64,000 nucleotides of DNA, taken from assembly GCA_037443035.1 (NCBI GenBank), contig JBBIPC010000007.1:96001-160000 (forward strand), in the 5' to 3' direction. The notes beneath the pieces are model-generated. The model did not search any database, had not been told where the DNA came from, and saw only the letters and a program-made list of their open reading frames with translations. This DNA comes from Chthonomonadales bacterium (GTDB lineage: Bacteria; Armatimonadota; Chthonomonadetes; Chthonomonadales; CAJBBX01). A program made the translations under genes and the position numbers. Below, piece after piece: positions 1-9,513 of this stretch. Numbering within the stretch: position 1 is the stretch's first letter; each line of letters starts with the position of its first letter.

Positions 1-91
1 CCAGAATGACAACAGACAGCACGCGCAGCCGCCGTTGCCGCTGCGTCAGGCGGAAGTCGAATCTGCTCGGAGACGAGGTTGGCTCAGCCAT
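1..91 (-). CDS. partial CDS (5' end), probable membrane protein, runs off the window
   Basis: ATG at 91, just downstream of the rpe stop; reads MAEPTSSPSRFDFRLTQRQRRLRVLSVVIL (basic stretch then hydrophobic) with no stop before the edge. Confidence 0.45.
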   Translation of the reverse strand, partial: MAEPTSSPSRFDFRLTQRQRRLRVLSVVIL

Positions 92-96
92 CGCAG

Positions 97-780
97 CTAA
101 CACGAGGCGCACGCATGGCGCAGTGCACGGATGCCGGCGGCAAGCCCTTGGGGATGTCCGAACACGCTGGACCCTGCCACCAGGACCGTAGCTCCGGCCC
201 GAACCACCGTGGGCGCTGTTTCGACTCCAATGCCGCCGTCCACTTCGAGGAGGACTTCCCTGCCGGTCTTGTCCAGAATCTCCCTTGCACGGGCGACCTT
301 GGCCGTCATCGCGGGTATGTAGCTCTGACCACCGAACCCGGGGTTGACAGTCATGACCAGCAGCAAGTCTATATCGTCCACCACGTAATCGAGAACGTCT
401 AGAGGAGTCGCAGGATTCAGCGCCAAGCCAGCCTTCATACCCGCATCGCGTATCTTGGCCAGGGCCCGCTGGAGATGCACGCACGCCTCCGCCTGGAGCG
501 TCAGGATATTCGCGCCAGCGGCGGCGAATGCTTCGATCCAGCGGTCGGGATGCTCGATCATGAGATGGACATCGAACACAGCCCGGGAACGGCTGCGGAG
601 CGCCTGCACGACACCCGGCCCGAACGTGATATTGGGCACGAACGCTCCATCCATGATGTCGAAGTGCAAGTACTCAGCGCCGGCCCTCTCGCACGCTTCG
701 GCAGCTTCGCGCAGTGCGCCGAAGTCCGCCGAAAGGAGCGATGGAGAGAGAACGACGGTGCTCACCGAGGGGACCTCCAT
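97..780 (-). CDS. rpe: ribulose-phosphate 3-epimerase
   Basis: SPSLLSADF, HFDIMDGAFVPNITFG, DVHLMI, MTVNPGFGGQ, EVDGGI, VAGS motifs. Confidence 0.97.
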   Translation of the reverse strand: MEVPSVSTVVLSPSLLSADFGALREAAEACERAGAEYLHFDIMDGAFVPNITFGPGVVQALRSRSRAVFDVHLMIEHPDRWIEAFAAAGANILTLQAEACVHLQRALAKIRDAGMKAGLALNPATPLDVLDYVVDDIDLLLVMTVNPGFGGQSYIPAMTAKVARAREILDKTGREVLLEVDGGIGVETAPTVVRAGATVLVAGSSVFGHPQGLAAGIRALRHACASC

Positions 781-2558
781 GGCACGACTTGCTCGGTGAT
801 GGGATCCAGATTGTCGTCGTAGTAGACCCGCACCCTCAGTTCCGCTCCTGTGGCCCGGACTTGGAGGTCCACCTCGTCGCCTTCGTTCCGTGCTTCATCG
901 AATACAGTCCGCGTGCCACCATCATCCTCGATCTCGATACGTACCTGACGCATGCCACGGCCGTCCCGTCGTACTCGGTGCCGCACCTGCCACACATGCT
1001 CTCCGCCGGCCTCCTCCGCGCCAGCACCGCTCGCGTTCAGCGATCCCTCCGGTGGTCCATCACTGAGAACCACATTCACCGGCGTGCCTCGTTCTACACG
1101 TTTCCCACTCCGCGGGTTCTGGGAGATTACAGTCCCAAAAGCCACAGTCTCGCTTGTCTGGCGATCCACCTGACCGAGGCCCAATCCTGCTTCCTTCAGC
1201 TTCGATTCCGCCTCCGCTGCGGCCAGACCCGTTACGTCGGGTACCCAGACAAGTCGCGAGCCTTTGCTGACCCAGGTCAACACGGCGCGGCCAGGTCTGA
1301 TGAGTCTGCCGGGCTCGTAGTCCACACGGAACACGATCCCAGGATCGTACTGATCGTTGTACTCTTCCCGTTCTACGAGGCGTATCTTGAGCTTGGTCGC
1401 CTCCGTCCGCGCATCTTCGATTCTCTTGCCCACAAGGTCAGGGAAGGAGGCGACCTCGGGCTTGGTGAACGCCGCCATCCACAGGCCGATCCCCAGAAAG
1501 ATGAGCAGCAGCACCACTGACCCCATGAGCATCAGGAGTACCCGCAGCACCGGTGACAGCCGGCTACCGTCATCGCGTCTTGGCATGGTGACCTCCGGTG
1601 CGCGTGCTGTAGCGCGCGTTCCAGCACGCCGGGTGGACGGTTCCGGAGGCGGTTCCGCCGCTACGGCCTCGGCCGGTGGTGGGGCCTCCGGTTCCTTTCC
1701 ATCCATGGGGGACCACGCAATGGGTCGGCCGAACCGAAGGGCATCCCGCACATGCTTCAGGTCCGCTAGCATATCTCCCGCCGACGCGTAGCGATCCTCC
1801 GGTCGCTTCTGCATGGCTTTCCGCACAACGCCATCCAGCGCCCGCGGAACTCCCGCGTTGTGATCGCGAGGAGAAGGCACCGGATCGTTCTGATGCCGTA
1901 ACGCCACCCGGATGGGGGTGTCCGCAGGATACGGAGGCGCGCCCGTTAGCATCTCGAAGAGCATGACACCCAATGCGTAGAGATCCGTGGCCGCGAAGCT
2001 GACACCTTGGAGCGATCGCTCCGGCCCCTGATAGTGCACCGCGGCACTCAGGTTTCGAGAGCCCGCGTTCGATGATGCTGCGATAGCTTGCGCCAGGCCG
2101 AAATCGGTGACTTTGGCCACACCGTCAGGAGTCACCATGACGTTCTGAGGCCGCAGATCACCGTGCACCTTGCCGGCGCTGTGCGCGTACTGAAGCGCCT
2201 CGCAGATGGCCACCGCGAAGTCGACTGCCACGCTCACGGTGAAGGGCGCAATGCGCCGAATACGCTCCTTGAGGTTGATGCCGCGCACGAACTCCGTGAC
2301 AATGACCGGCACGCCGTCCTCTTCGACAACTTCGAGCGTCCGGGCTATGTTCGGATGATCCAGGTCGAGGGAGCCCCTCGCGCTCTCGCGGAGAGCATGG
2401 CAGAACGCTGCGTCCTCCATTAGATCCGGTTGCACGATCTTCACAGCTACCGAGAGCCCCGTCGTACGTTCACGTCCTCGGAAGACCTGGAAGAAAGCGC
2501 CGGTGCCTAGACGCTCCACCAGCTCGTATCGGCCCGCAATGACGCGCCCAATGCTCAT
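762..2558 (-). CDS. PASTA-domain Ser/Thr protein kinase (PknB/PrkC-like), atypical catalytic loop
   Basis: GRYELVERLGTG, VAVK, HPNI, KVTDFGLA; one TM helix; two PASTA-like repeats (FPDLVGK..., VPDVTGL...SQNPRSG). Confidence 0.9.
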   Translation of the reverse strand: MSIGRVIAGRYELVERLGTGAFFQVFRGRERTTGLSVAVKIVQPDLMEDAAFCHALRESARGSLDLDHPNIARTLEVVEEDGVPVIVTEFVRGINLKERIRRIAPFTVSVAVDFAVAICEALQYAHSAGKVHGDLRPQNVMVTPDGVAKVTDFGLAQAIAASSNAGSRNLSAAVHYQGPERSLQGVSFAATDLYALGVMLFEMLTGAPPYPADTPIRVALRHQNDPVPSPRDHNAGVPRALDGVVRKAMQKRPEDRYASAGDMLADLKHVRDALRFGRPIAWSPMDGKEPEAPPPAEAVAAEPPPEPSTRRAGTRATARAPEVTMPRRDDGSRLSPVLRVLLMLMGSVVLLLIFLGIGLWMAAFTKPEVASFPDLVGKRIEDARTEATKLKIRLVEREEYNDQYDPGIVFRVDYEPGRLIRPGRAVLTWVSKGSRLVWVPDVTGLAAAEAESKLKEAGLGLGQVDRQTSETVAFGTVISQNPRSGKRVERGTPVNVVLSDGPPEGSLNASGAGAEEAGGEHVWQVRHRVRRDGRGMRQVRIEIEDDGGTRTVFDEARNEGDEVDLQVRATGAELRVRVYYDDNLDPITEQVVPWRSPR

Positions 2559-2845
2559 CGTCGAGAGCGTTCCTCACGTTTCCGCAACATGCGCAGCGCC
2601 ACATGGAGTATGGTGACAACCACGAGAACACCGTAAAGGGGCGTCAAGTCCCAAAGCGCGATTCGCTCGAGCGGCGCCGGCTGTCCCGTGATGATCAGCA
2701 TGCGCTGATGCGCGGCGAGGTACTGAACGGCCGGAAGGACAATCCACGCAGCAGCGAGGGCGGCCTGCGCCACGTGCCCGACCGTCACCGACGCCGGTGG
2801 GTCCGACACATCACCAGGTGCTATGTTACGAGACCTCTTGCGCAT
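2555..2845 (-). CDS. small membrane protein (2 TM), unknown function
   Basis: 96 aa with two hydrophobic segments; 4-nt overlap with the kinase start. Confidence 0.6.
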   Translation of the reverse strand: MRKRSRNIAPGDVSDPPASVTVGHVAQAALAAAWIVLPAVQYLAAHQRMLIITGQPAPLERIALWDLTPLYGVLVVVTILHVALRMLRKREERSRR

Positions 2846-2899
2846 CAGCTTCTTGTTACCACTTCGCTCTGCGGAAAGGCACCGATCTTGGCCGCCGGT

Positions 2900-4015
2900 T
2901 CATGCTATGGAGCCGCGGCATCGCTGCAGAGCCCTGATGACCGCCTCTTCTGGAACTTCGAAGCCCGGCTCGGCCCTCCCGACCTCTCTGAGCAAGACGA
3001 ACCTGAGCCTGCGTGACAGCGTCTTCTTGTCCGCCATCATCCGTTCGAGAGCCGCTTCAGGCTCCATCCATGAAGGTGCCTCTGCAGGCAGACCCACATC
3101 GGCAAGCGCCTCTATGACCCTAGCCGTTACATTCTGCGAGGTGACGCCGATCTCCTCTCCCACGCGACATGCCGCCACCATCCCTATAGATACGGCCTCA
3201 CCGTGGGTCAGGTGTCGATAGCCGGCAAGCGCCTCGAGTGCGTGGCCGACCGTGTGCCCGAAATTCAGGACGGCGCGTAAGCCCTGCTCGGTTTCATCCT
3301 TCGATACCACGTCGGCCTTGATCCGACAGGACCAGTGCACGGCTTCCGCCAACCGATTGGCGTCTCGGTTCGAGATTGCGAATGCGCACGCCGTGAGCCA
3401 GTCGAGGAAACGGCCATCTCGAATGAAGGCATGCTTCAGGATTTCGGCCAGGCCAGACCGGAAATCACGGGCATTCAGAGTTTGCAGGGTCGTTGTATCC
3501 ATCACAACAACTCGCGGCTGGTGGAAGACGCCCACGAGGTTCTTGCCCTGCGGTAGGTTCACGCCAGTCTTGCCCCCGATCCCCGCATCGGCCTGAGCCA
3601 GGAGCGTGGTGGGTGCCTGGACGAAAGCGATGCCGCGCATGTACGTACCCGCAGCGAACCCCGCAATGTCCCCGACAACGCCACCGCCAACCGCCACAAC
3701 GGCGCTTCGCCGATCAAGCCCCTGGCGGATCATGGCCTCGTAAAGGCGCGCCACTGCCGACAGGGTCTTGTATCGCTCGCCACTGCGCAGGCGGACAAGC
3801 GTGGATGGCACCCCTGCGGCATCCAGGCTCCGCAACACCGATCGCCCGTAAGCCTCTACTCGACCCGTACCCGTGACGACTAGAACCCGCGAGGGTTCCA
3901 GAACGTTCAACATGATGCTGGCAATCCGGTCGAGACACCCCGGCGCAACATGCACCTCGTAGCTCCGGTCGCCCAGCGCGACTTTCAGGGGTTCGAGGCG
4001 TACCGCTTCGCTCAT
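2900..4015 (-). CDS. aroB: 3-dehydroquinate synthase
   Basis: GGGVVGDIAGF, PTTLLAQAD..IGGKTGVN, LNFGHTVGHALE, HGEAV; start placed at ATG 4015 overlapping the aroK stop (ORF track starts at 4045). Confidence 0.96.
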   Translation of the reverse strand: MSEAVRLEPLKVALGDRSYEVHVAPGCLDRIASIMLNVLEPSRVLVVTGTGRVEAYGRSVLRSLDAAGVPSTLVRLRSGERYKTLSAVARLYEAMIRQGLDRRSAVVAVGGGVVGDIAGFAAGTYMRGIAFVQAPTTLLAQADAGIGGKTGVNLPQGKNLVGVFHQPRVVVMDTTTLQTLNARDFRSGLAEILKHAFIRDGRFLDWLTACAFAISNRDANRLAEAVHWSCRIKADVVSKDETEQGLRAVLNFGHTVGHALEALAGYRHLTHGEAVSIGMVAACRVGEEIGVTSQNVTARVIEALADVGLPAEAPSWMEPEAALERMMADKKTLSRRLRFVLLREVGRAEPGFEVPEEAVIRALQRCRGSIA

Positions 4016-4578
4016 GCTTCCCGATCCCGTCTCAGTCCGATCCATCGCGATGCCAGTTCCCTGTACGCCGCGAGAACTTTGGCGGCGGCGTCCTCATGGC
4101 GAAGACCGGTGGTATCCACCGTCGCATCGGCGGCTGCTGCGTATAGCGGACTGCGCAGATCCAGCATCTCACGGATACGACCCAGTGGATCCTCGACCCC
4201 CGCTAGCAGAGGACGCGAGGAACGATCGCCGCACCGTCGCAGGATCTCCTCTGGCTCCACACGAAGCCAGACCAGCACACCCGATTTGCGCAGGATTACG
4301 ACGTTGGCAGGATCGAGGACAGCCCCTCCGCCGGTTCCGATGACAACATGGACCCGCATGGCGGCCTCGGCCACCGCCTCCCGCTCCAGACGCCGGAATG
4401 CGGCTTCACCCTCGCTAGCGAAGATCTGTGGCACGGGCCGAGCGGTCGCTCTTTCCACCAACTGGTCCGTGTCCACAAATCGGAATCGGAGCGCCCGGGC
4501 ACACCGCCGACCGATGGTCGTCTTCCCTGTCCCCATATACCCGATGAGGACAAGATTGGGGTTCAGCGTTTGGACCAT
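4012..4578 (-). CDS. aroK: shikimate kinase
   Basis: LIGYMGTGKTT P-loop, FVDTD, GEAAFRRLE, GTGGG, RPLL. Confidence 0.96.
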   Translation of the reverse strand: MVQTLNPNLVLIGYMGTGKTTIGRRCARALRFRFVDTDQLVERATARPVPQIFASEGEAAFRRLEREAVAEAAMRVHVVIGTGGGAVLDPANVVILRKSGVLVWLRVEPEEILRRCGDRSSRPLLAGVEDPLGRIREMLDLRSPLYAAAADATVDTTGLRHEDAAAKVLAAYRELASRWIGLRRDREA

Positions 4579-5753
4579 CGTGCGCCAGTATAGCCTCTGG
4601 CCGCTAACGCTTCTCGATCCGCCTGCCAGTGAGCCAGGAATGCGCCGATGGAATCTCCACCGAACCTCTCCAACGCCGCATCGGCCAGAACGTAGGCGAC
4701 CATGGCCTCAGCGATGACCGCCGCTGCGGGCACGGCACAGATGTCGGAGCGCTCGAAATGGGCTGGTACCGGCTCCCGAGTAGCGAGATCCACCGAGGCC
4801 AGCCGCTGGCGCAGAGTGGGCAGCGGTTTCATCGCACACCGCACGACGATGGGTTCCCCGTTGCTGATACCGCCTTCCACTCCGCCAGCGTTGTTGCTCA
4901 GCCGTACGTACCCGTCCCCTGGATCGTGGATGATCTCGTCATGGACTTCGGACCCTTTTCGGACCGCACCTCCGAAGCCAGCCCCGATTTCCACACCCTT
5001 CACCGCCTGAATGCTCATGAGCGCAGCCGCCAGACGCGCGTCCAGCCGCCTATCCCACTGGACCGGAGAGCCCAGGCCGAGCGGACATCCTAGAGCGATG
5101 ACCTCGAAGATGCCGCCCAACGTATCGCCCTCCTCCGTGGCTTGGTCAATGGCGGCCTGCATGGCTGCCGAGAGATCCGGATCCGCGCACCGAACAGGCG
5201 ACGCTTCGACATCGTCGGCAAGGTCGCGGATTCTGGCCGGATCCACGGGAGGCCCAGAGACCTCGCCGATCGCGCACACGTGGCTGTAGATCTCGACGCC
5301 CACCAACCCCAAGAGTTGCCGGCATAGCGCACCTGCCGCGACGAGAGCCGCCGTCGTACGCGCGCTGGAGCGCTCCAGGATATCCCGGATGTCCGCCAGA
5401 TCGTATTTCAACGCGCCAGCGAAGTCCGCATGACCCGGTCTCGGCCGCGTGACTGGGGTACCGGGCGACTCGGGCTCGCTGGAGCTCATTCGGGCTTGCC
5501 AGTTGGCGTAGTCCTTGTTCCGGATCTGTAGCGTAACAGGACCTGGCATCGTGCGACCGTGCCTGACGCCCGACAATACCTCCACTCGGTCCTGCTCGAT
5601 CTGCTGGCGTTTGCCGCGGCCGTATCCGCGCTGACGTCGTGCCAGTTCCTCGTTCACCGACTCGATATTGACTGCCATCCCAGCCGGCAGACCATCGAGA
5701 ATGACAGTGAGAACGGGTCCGTGGGACTCGCCAGAGGTCAACATGCGTAGCAT
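4563..5753 (-). CDS. aroC: chorismate synthase
   Basis: LTSGESHG, RPGHAD, ERSSARTTA, SIQAVKGVEIG, NNAGGVEGGISNG, MKPLPTL, ERSD. Confidence 0.97.
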   Translation of the reverse strand: MLRMLTSGESHGPVLTVILDGLPAGMAVNIESVNEELARRQRGYGRGKRQQIEQDRVEVLSGVRHGRTMPGPVTLQIRNKDYANWQARMSSSEPESPGTPVTRPRPGHADFAGALKYDLADIRDILERSSARTTAALVAAGALCRQLLGLVGVEIYSHVCAIGEVSGPPVDPARIRDLADDVEASPVRCADPDLSAAMQAAIDQATEEGDTLGGIFEVIALGCPLGLGSPVQWDRRLDARLAAALMSIQAVKGVEIGAGFGGAVRKGSEVHDEIIHDPGDGYVRLSNNAGGVEGGISNGEPIVVRCAMKPLPTLRQRLASVDLATREPVPAHFERSDICAVPAAAVIAEAMVAYVLADAALERFGGDSIGAFLAHWQADREALAARGYTGARWSKR

Positions 5754-5800
5754 GAGAGGTGTTTCAGCTCCATACACACGTAGCGCGTGCTAGAGACGCG

Positions 5801-5837
5801 AAAACGGGAGCGGCCTTCGAAGGGAAAGCCGCTCCCG
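5801..5837 (-). terminator. intrinsic terminator after the secretin gene
   Basis: CGGGAGCGGC...GCCGCTCCCG stem (5805-5837) followed by TTTT on the minus strand. Confidence 0.65.
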
Positions 5838-5855
5838 CCATTGCTCAGCCCTATG

Positions 5856-7646
5856 CTAGGGAGTGATGCCTGCCGAGACCACACCTTCCGAACCCGACGG
5901 ATCGGGAAGGATGGACGGTGTCACGAACACCAGCAGCTCGCTGTCCGACACACGGTATTCGCGCGACTGGAAGAGCTGCCCAATCAACGGCAGGTCTCCG
6001 AAGAGCGGGACTTTCTTGATGCTTGTACCGTCGTTCTTCCGCACCAGACCCGCGATGGCGATGGAGTCGCCGTTGCGCACACGACGCGTGATGGGCCCTA
6101 TGTACTGGTAGCTGATGATCGGGGCCGTGGTGCCATCGGGGCCGGTAACCTGGCCGGAGACGTCCGAAACGTAAGGCGAGATCGTCAGGGAGATGGTGTC
6201 ATCGCCGTTGATTCTCGCCAGCACATCCATACCAGACTGAGCCTGGACGGTGGAGATATTCGTCTGCAAGATAACCACACCGTTGCCGCCCGCTGTTGGA
6301 CTGGTGTAGAAGATCGGTATCTCCCGGCCGACGTTGAGGCTCACTGGCAGGTTGTTCAGCGTGGTCACCATGGGCGAGCTGACGAGACGGCCCTTGCCCT
6401 CGGTCAGTGTAGCCCGGAGCTGGGCGGCCACGTTGCCTGTAGCGTAGTTCATGAACACTTGGCCTGCTGCGAAGCCGGGGTTGCCTGCGACCAGGTTGCC
6501 TCGTGCAATCTGCCAGTCAATGCCGAACTGCTTAAGGTCGTCCTGGGTCACTTCGACGAACTCTGCCTTGATCATGAGCTGCTTGGGAGCGATATCGAGG
6601 AGCCGGATGATCTCTTTCAGCTCGCGCAGCGCGTCTTCATCGCTGGTTCGGACGATGATCGTGTTGTCTATGTCATAGGCGAGCATGGACTGAATCCCCT
6701 CCGGCACCAGTCCACCACCGCCGCCGCCAATACCGCCCTGGCCGCCGAAGCCACCCTGGCCGCCGAAGCCCCCATAGCCTCCACGGCCGCCGAACTGACC
6801 GCCTCCGCAACCGCCATAGCCGCCGCCATAGCCGCCGTAGCCGCCATAGCCGCCGCCATAGCCGCCATAGCCGCCGCCGATACCGCCACCGCCCGGCCGC
6901 ATGCCACCACCGAACTGGTTGGCCTCAGCGTCGTTCCCGCCAGGCTTGGGCCCGCTCGGCACTACCGACGGAAGCGGCGTCTCTCCCGTGCCCTGGCTGC
7001 TCTGCGGTGCTGGCGGATTGACCTGAACGCCACCGTTCGTGGGTTGGCCTATGTTGCGGCCACTCGCGTAGGGCGTGCGCCGCTCGCCAAGGGATTCGAA
7101 CATCAGTTGCCGTAGGTAGTCGCCTCTACCACTCAGTTCGGGTCGCGTCAGGAACGCCACGATCTCCGAGGGCCGGGAATTCTGAACGCGGATCCGCTCG
7201 GTGATCAGCCGCTTGGGCGGCTCGGGAACCAGAGGCGCCTGGCTCTGGCTCGTCGCTGCCGGCTTGTCCACCTTCGGTGTCTCGGCTGCCGCGTCAGCCC
7301 CCTTAGGACCGATGATGTAGATACCGCCGTCCACCCGCAACGAAGCTCCGGCTGCGCGGCAGATCATCTGCAACACTGTCTCGAGCGGCTTCTTCTCGAG
7401 CATCAGGTTGACCCGCCCGTAGGGCTTGTCACTAGCTTCGATGACAATCTCCGCACCTGTCTGCGCCATGAGCATTCTCACGGCAGCCTGGAGATCGGCG
7501 TCGACAAGGTCCACACGTTGCACGATCATCTGGCCTGCGCCGCTCTCCTGAGCGCGTGCGGTCACGGATGCCGCGCCGGATATGGCGAAGGCTAACGTCG
7601 CCGCTAGCGCCCACCTCCAGCTAGCTGAACGACTTCGAAGGCCCAT
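5856..7646 (-). CDS. pilQ: secretin (PilQ/GspD family) with N0/STN domain and Gly/Tyr/Phe-rich insert
   Basis: signal peptide; VDLVDADLQAAVRML N0 domain; LDIAPKQLMIKAEFVEV, SSPMVTTLNN, KVPLFGDLPLIGQLF, ELLVFVTPSIL secretin core; lies downstream of pilMNOP; start uncertain (7646 or 7700). Confidence 0.88.
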   Translation of the reverse strand: MGLRSRSASWRWALAATLAFAISGAASVTARAQESGAGQMIVQRVDLVDADLQAAVRMLMAQTGAEIVIEASDKPYGRVNLMLEKKPLETVLQMICRAAGASLRVDGGIYIIGPKGADAAAETPKVDKPAATSQSQAPLVPEPPKRLITERIRVQNSRPSEIVAFLTRPELSGRGDYLRQLMFESLGERRTPYASGRNIGQPTNGGVQVNPPAPQSSQGTGETPLPSVVPSGPKPGGNDAEANQFGGGMRPGGGGIGGGYGGYGGGYGGYGGYGGGYGGCGGGQFGGRGGYGGFGGQGGFGGQGGIGGGGGGLVPEGIQSMLAYDIDNTIIVRTSDEDALRELKEIIRLLDIAPKQLMIKAEFVEVTQDDLKQFGIDWQIARGNLVAGNPGFAAGQVFMNYATGNVAAQLRATLTEGKGRLVSSPMVTTLNNLPVSLNVGREIPIFYTSPTAGGNGVVILQTNISTVQAQSGMDVLARINGDDTISLTISPYVSDVSGQVTGPDGTTAPIISYQYIGPITRRVRNGDSIAIAGLVRKNDGTSIKKVPLFGDLPLIGQLFQSREYRVSDSELLVFVTPSILPDPSGSEGVVSAGITP

Positions 7647-7784
7647 ATGTTCGTCCTCCTCCCGACCCTTTGCTATCTTGCATCTCGACGCGACAAGCAA
7701 CTCCAGCCTTCAGAACATGCTCGCCGCGGACGGTCGGCCTGCAGACCACCAGATTACCACAGGCCGACCATCAATCGTTCTGGC

Positions 7785-8540
7785 CTAACGGCCCCAGCCG
7801 CCTATGCCGCCGCCGCCGCCGCGGAAGCCACCGCCATAGCCACCACCGAAACCGCCGCCGCGGAAGCCGCCACCGCCGAAGCCGCCGTAGCCGCCACCGC
7901 CCCAGCCGCCACCACCTGAGCCCCTGCCTCGTTAGCAACCGATTAAGCCACCCCCTATACCTCACCCTCTGAAGCACCCCCCGATGCCGCCGCCGTAGCC
8001 GCCGTAGCCACCGTAGCCACCGCCATAGCCCATACGCTGGTTGGAGATGATCGCCCCACCACCCAGGTTATAGGACAGATCCACGGCGTCTGCGTAGTTG
8101 ACCACGATTTTTACGGTCCGGGTTTTCTTCTCCGGCTGCGTCTCCTCTGTGGTGGTCGTCGTCGTCTCCTGCGTGATCTCTTCCTGTTTCAGCGAGACCG
8201 TGTAGACGCCATCCTGAACGCGGTACGTCAGAGGAAGCTGCGTACCCTTCAGAATGTTCTCCAGGGCGACTCGGAACGTCACATTGTTCAAGGACGCCGT
8301 CACCGTGCCCTGGACGTTCTCGTCCAACAGGTAGTTCACACCAACCATGTTGAACAGCATTTTCAGAGCGTACCGGATGTCGGCGTTCTCGAAGTTCAGC
8401 GTCACTTTCTTGTTGGATACGTCTCCTTCGTCCTGGGCGTGCACAGGCACCGCGGCTGCCACCGCCAACGCCATGATTGTGACCAGCACACCCGTTCGAG
8501 CCCATCGCATCGCAGGACCCATACCTTTCAACCTCCTCAT
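7785..8540 (-). CDS. stand-alone secretin N0/STN-domain protein with GGY/GGF tail; two in-frame stops (7962, 7932) in a corrupted-looking stretch
   Basis: signal peptide (VPVHA|Q); KVTLNFENADIRYALKML...VQGTVTASLNNVTFRVALENIL; the same frame continues as Gly-rich repeat to TAG at 7785; ORF track ends it at 7962. Confidence 0.75.
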
Positions 8541-8613
8541 GGGCCAATACTTCTGCCCAAAGGCTTATTCTCGACCTTCCCGTTATGAATCTACGCCGCT
8601 TGCCATCGTACGG

Positions 8614-9507
8614 TTACTGCTCGCTCTCGGCCCCGATGGGCCCACCTGAGCCACCACCGCCCGGAGGCGCGTAGCCACCACCGCCACCGCGGAACATCAT
8701 ACCGGCTCCGCCGGGCCCACCGCGTAGTCCACCCACGTAGGACGTCCGCGGCTGACTACCCACATCGGTCAACGGTACTTCCTGAGTATACGTCACATTC
8801 CCCACTTTTCGCTTGAGCACGACCGAGCGAGAGCGTATGGCTTCGACGCGGTAGTCACCCAGCATGTCGCCAGGACGGACCACGTTCTGTCCCTCGGGCC
8901 CCTCGATAAGCGCATATACGCCCTGTCCTGTGGCGATTCCCGCCACCCGACGGTTCGGAACTTCCTCGACTTCGATCTTCTCCTCCGGCGGACGGATGAC
9001 CGATTCGCGGGTAGCGATGCGGTACGGTTCGACCAGCGTGATCGCCGGTGGAGGTGGCGGAGTTGTGTTCCACCACGGTGCGAACGGATCCGGTCGTGCA
9101 TTCGGCGGCTTGCTTGTCACTTTCGGTCCTTGTGCGGCCGCTTCCTGCTGAGGAGCGCCACCCATGGGACCACCCCCCATGCCGGACATACCTCCCGCGA
9201 ACGGCGCACCTGAGCCCATCCCACCCATCATCGGCGGAGCGCCGCCGCTCGTCTGCATCTGCATCGCAGGACCGCCCATGACGATGCCCGGTGATGCTGC
9301 GCCACCGTCGCGTTCTGTGCTGTCGTCCTCCGAAGGGGCTCCGCCTGATGGCGCCTGCGCCGTGGTGCCGCCAGTGGTGCCCTGGTCACCGCCGCCGCAT
9401 CCGCCGACGAGTACCGCAGCCAGTGCCATCGCCACCAGTAGCATCCATCTATGGTCAGTTATTCGAGGTATCCGCAACTCAGGTTTCCTCACTTCCGCGA
9501 ATCGCAT
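8614..9507 (-). CDS. PilP-like lipoprotein with Gly/Met/Pro-rich linkers
   Basis: lipobox-like LVGG|C; RPDPFAP motif; RRVAGIATGQGVYALIEGPEGQNVVRPGDMLGDYRVEAIRSRSVVL PilP/GspC-type beta domain; position after pilO. Confidence 0.72.
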   Translation of the reverse strand: MRFAEVRKPELRIPRITDHRWMLLVAMALAAVLVGGCGGGDQGTTGGTTAQAPSGGAPSEDDSTERDGGAASPGIVMGGPAMQMQTSGGAPPMMGGMGSGAPFAGGMSGMGGGPMGGAPQQEAAAQGPKVTSKPPNARPDPFAPWWNTTPPPPPAITLVEPYRIATRESVIRPPEEKIEVEEVPNRRVAGIATGQGVYALIEGPEGQNVVRPGDMLGDYRVEAIRSRSVVLKRKVGNVTYTQEVPLTDVGSQPRTSYVGGLRGGPGGAGMMFRGGGGGYAPPGGGGSGGPIGAESEQ

Positions 9508-9513
9508 CGCCTG

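Noticed and set aside
7932..7964. Programmed readthrough or selenocysteine at the in-frame TGA
   Set aside because: A TAA follows 30 nt later and the surrounding codons are also corrupted; sequencing error explains it better
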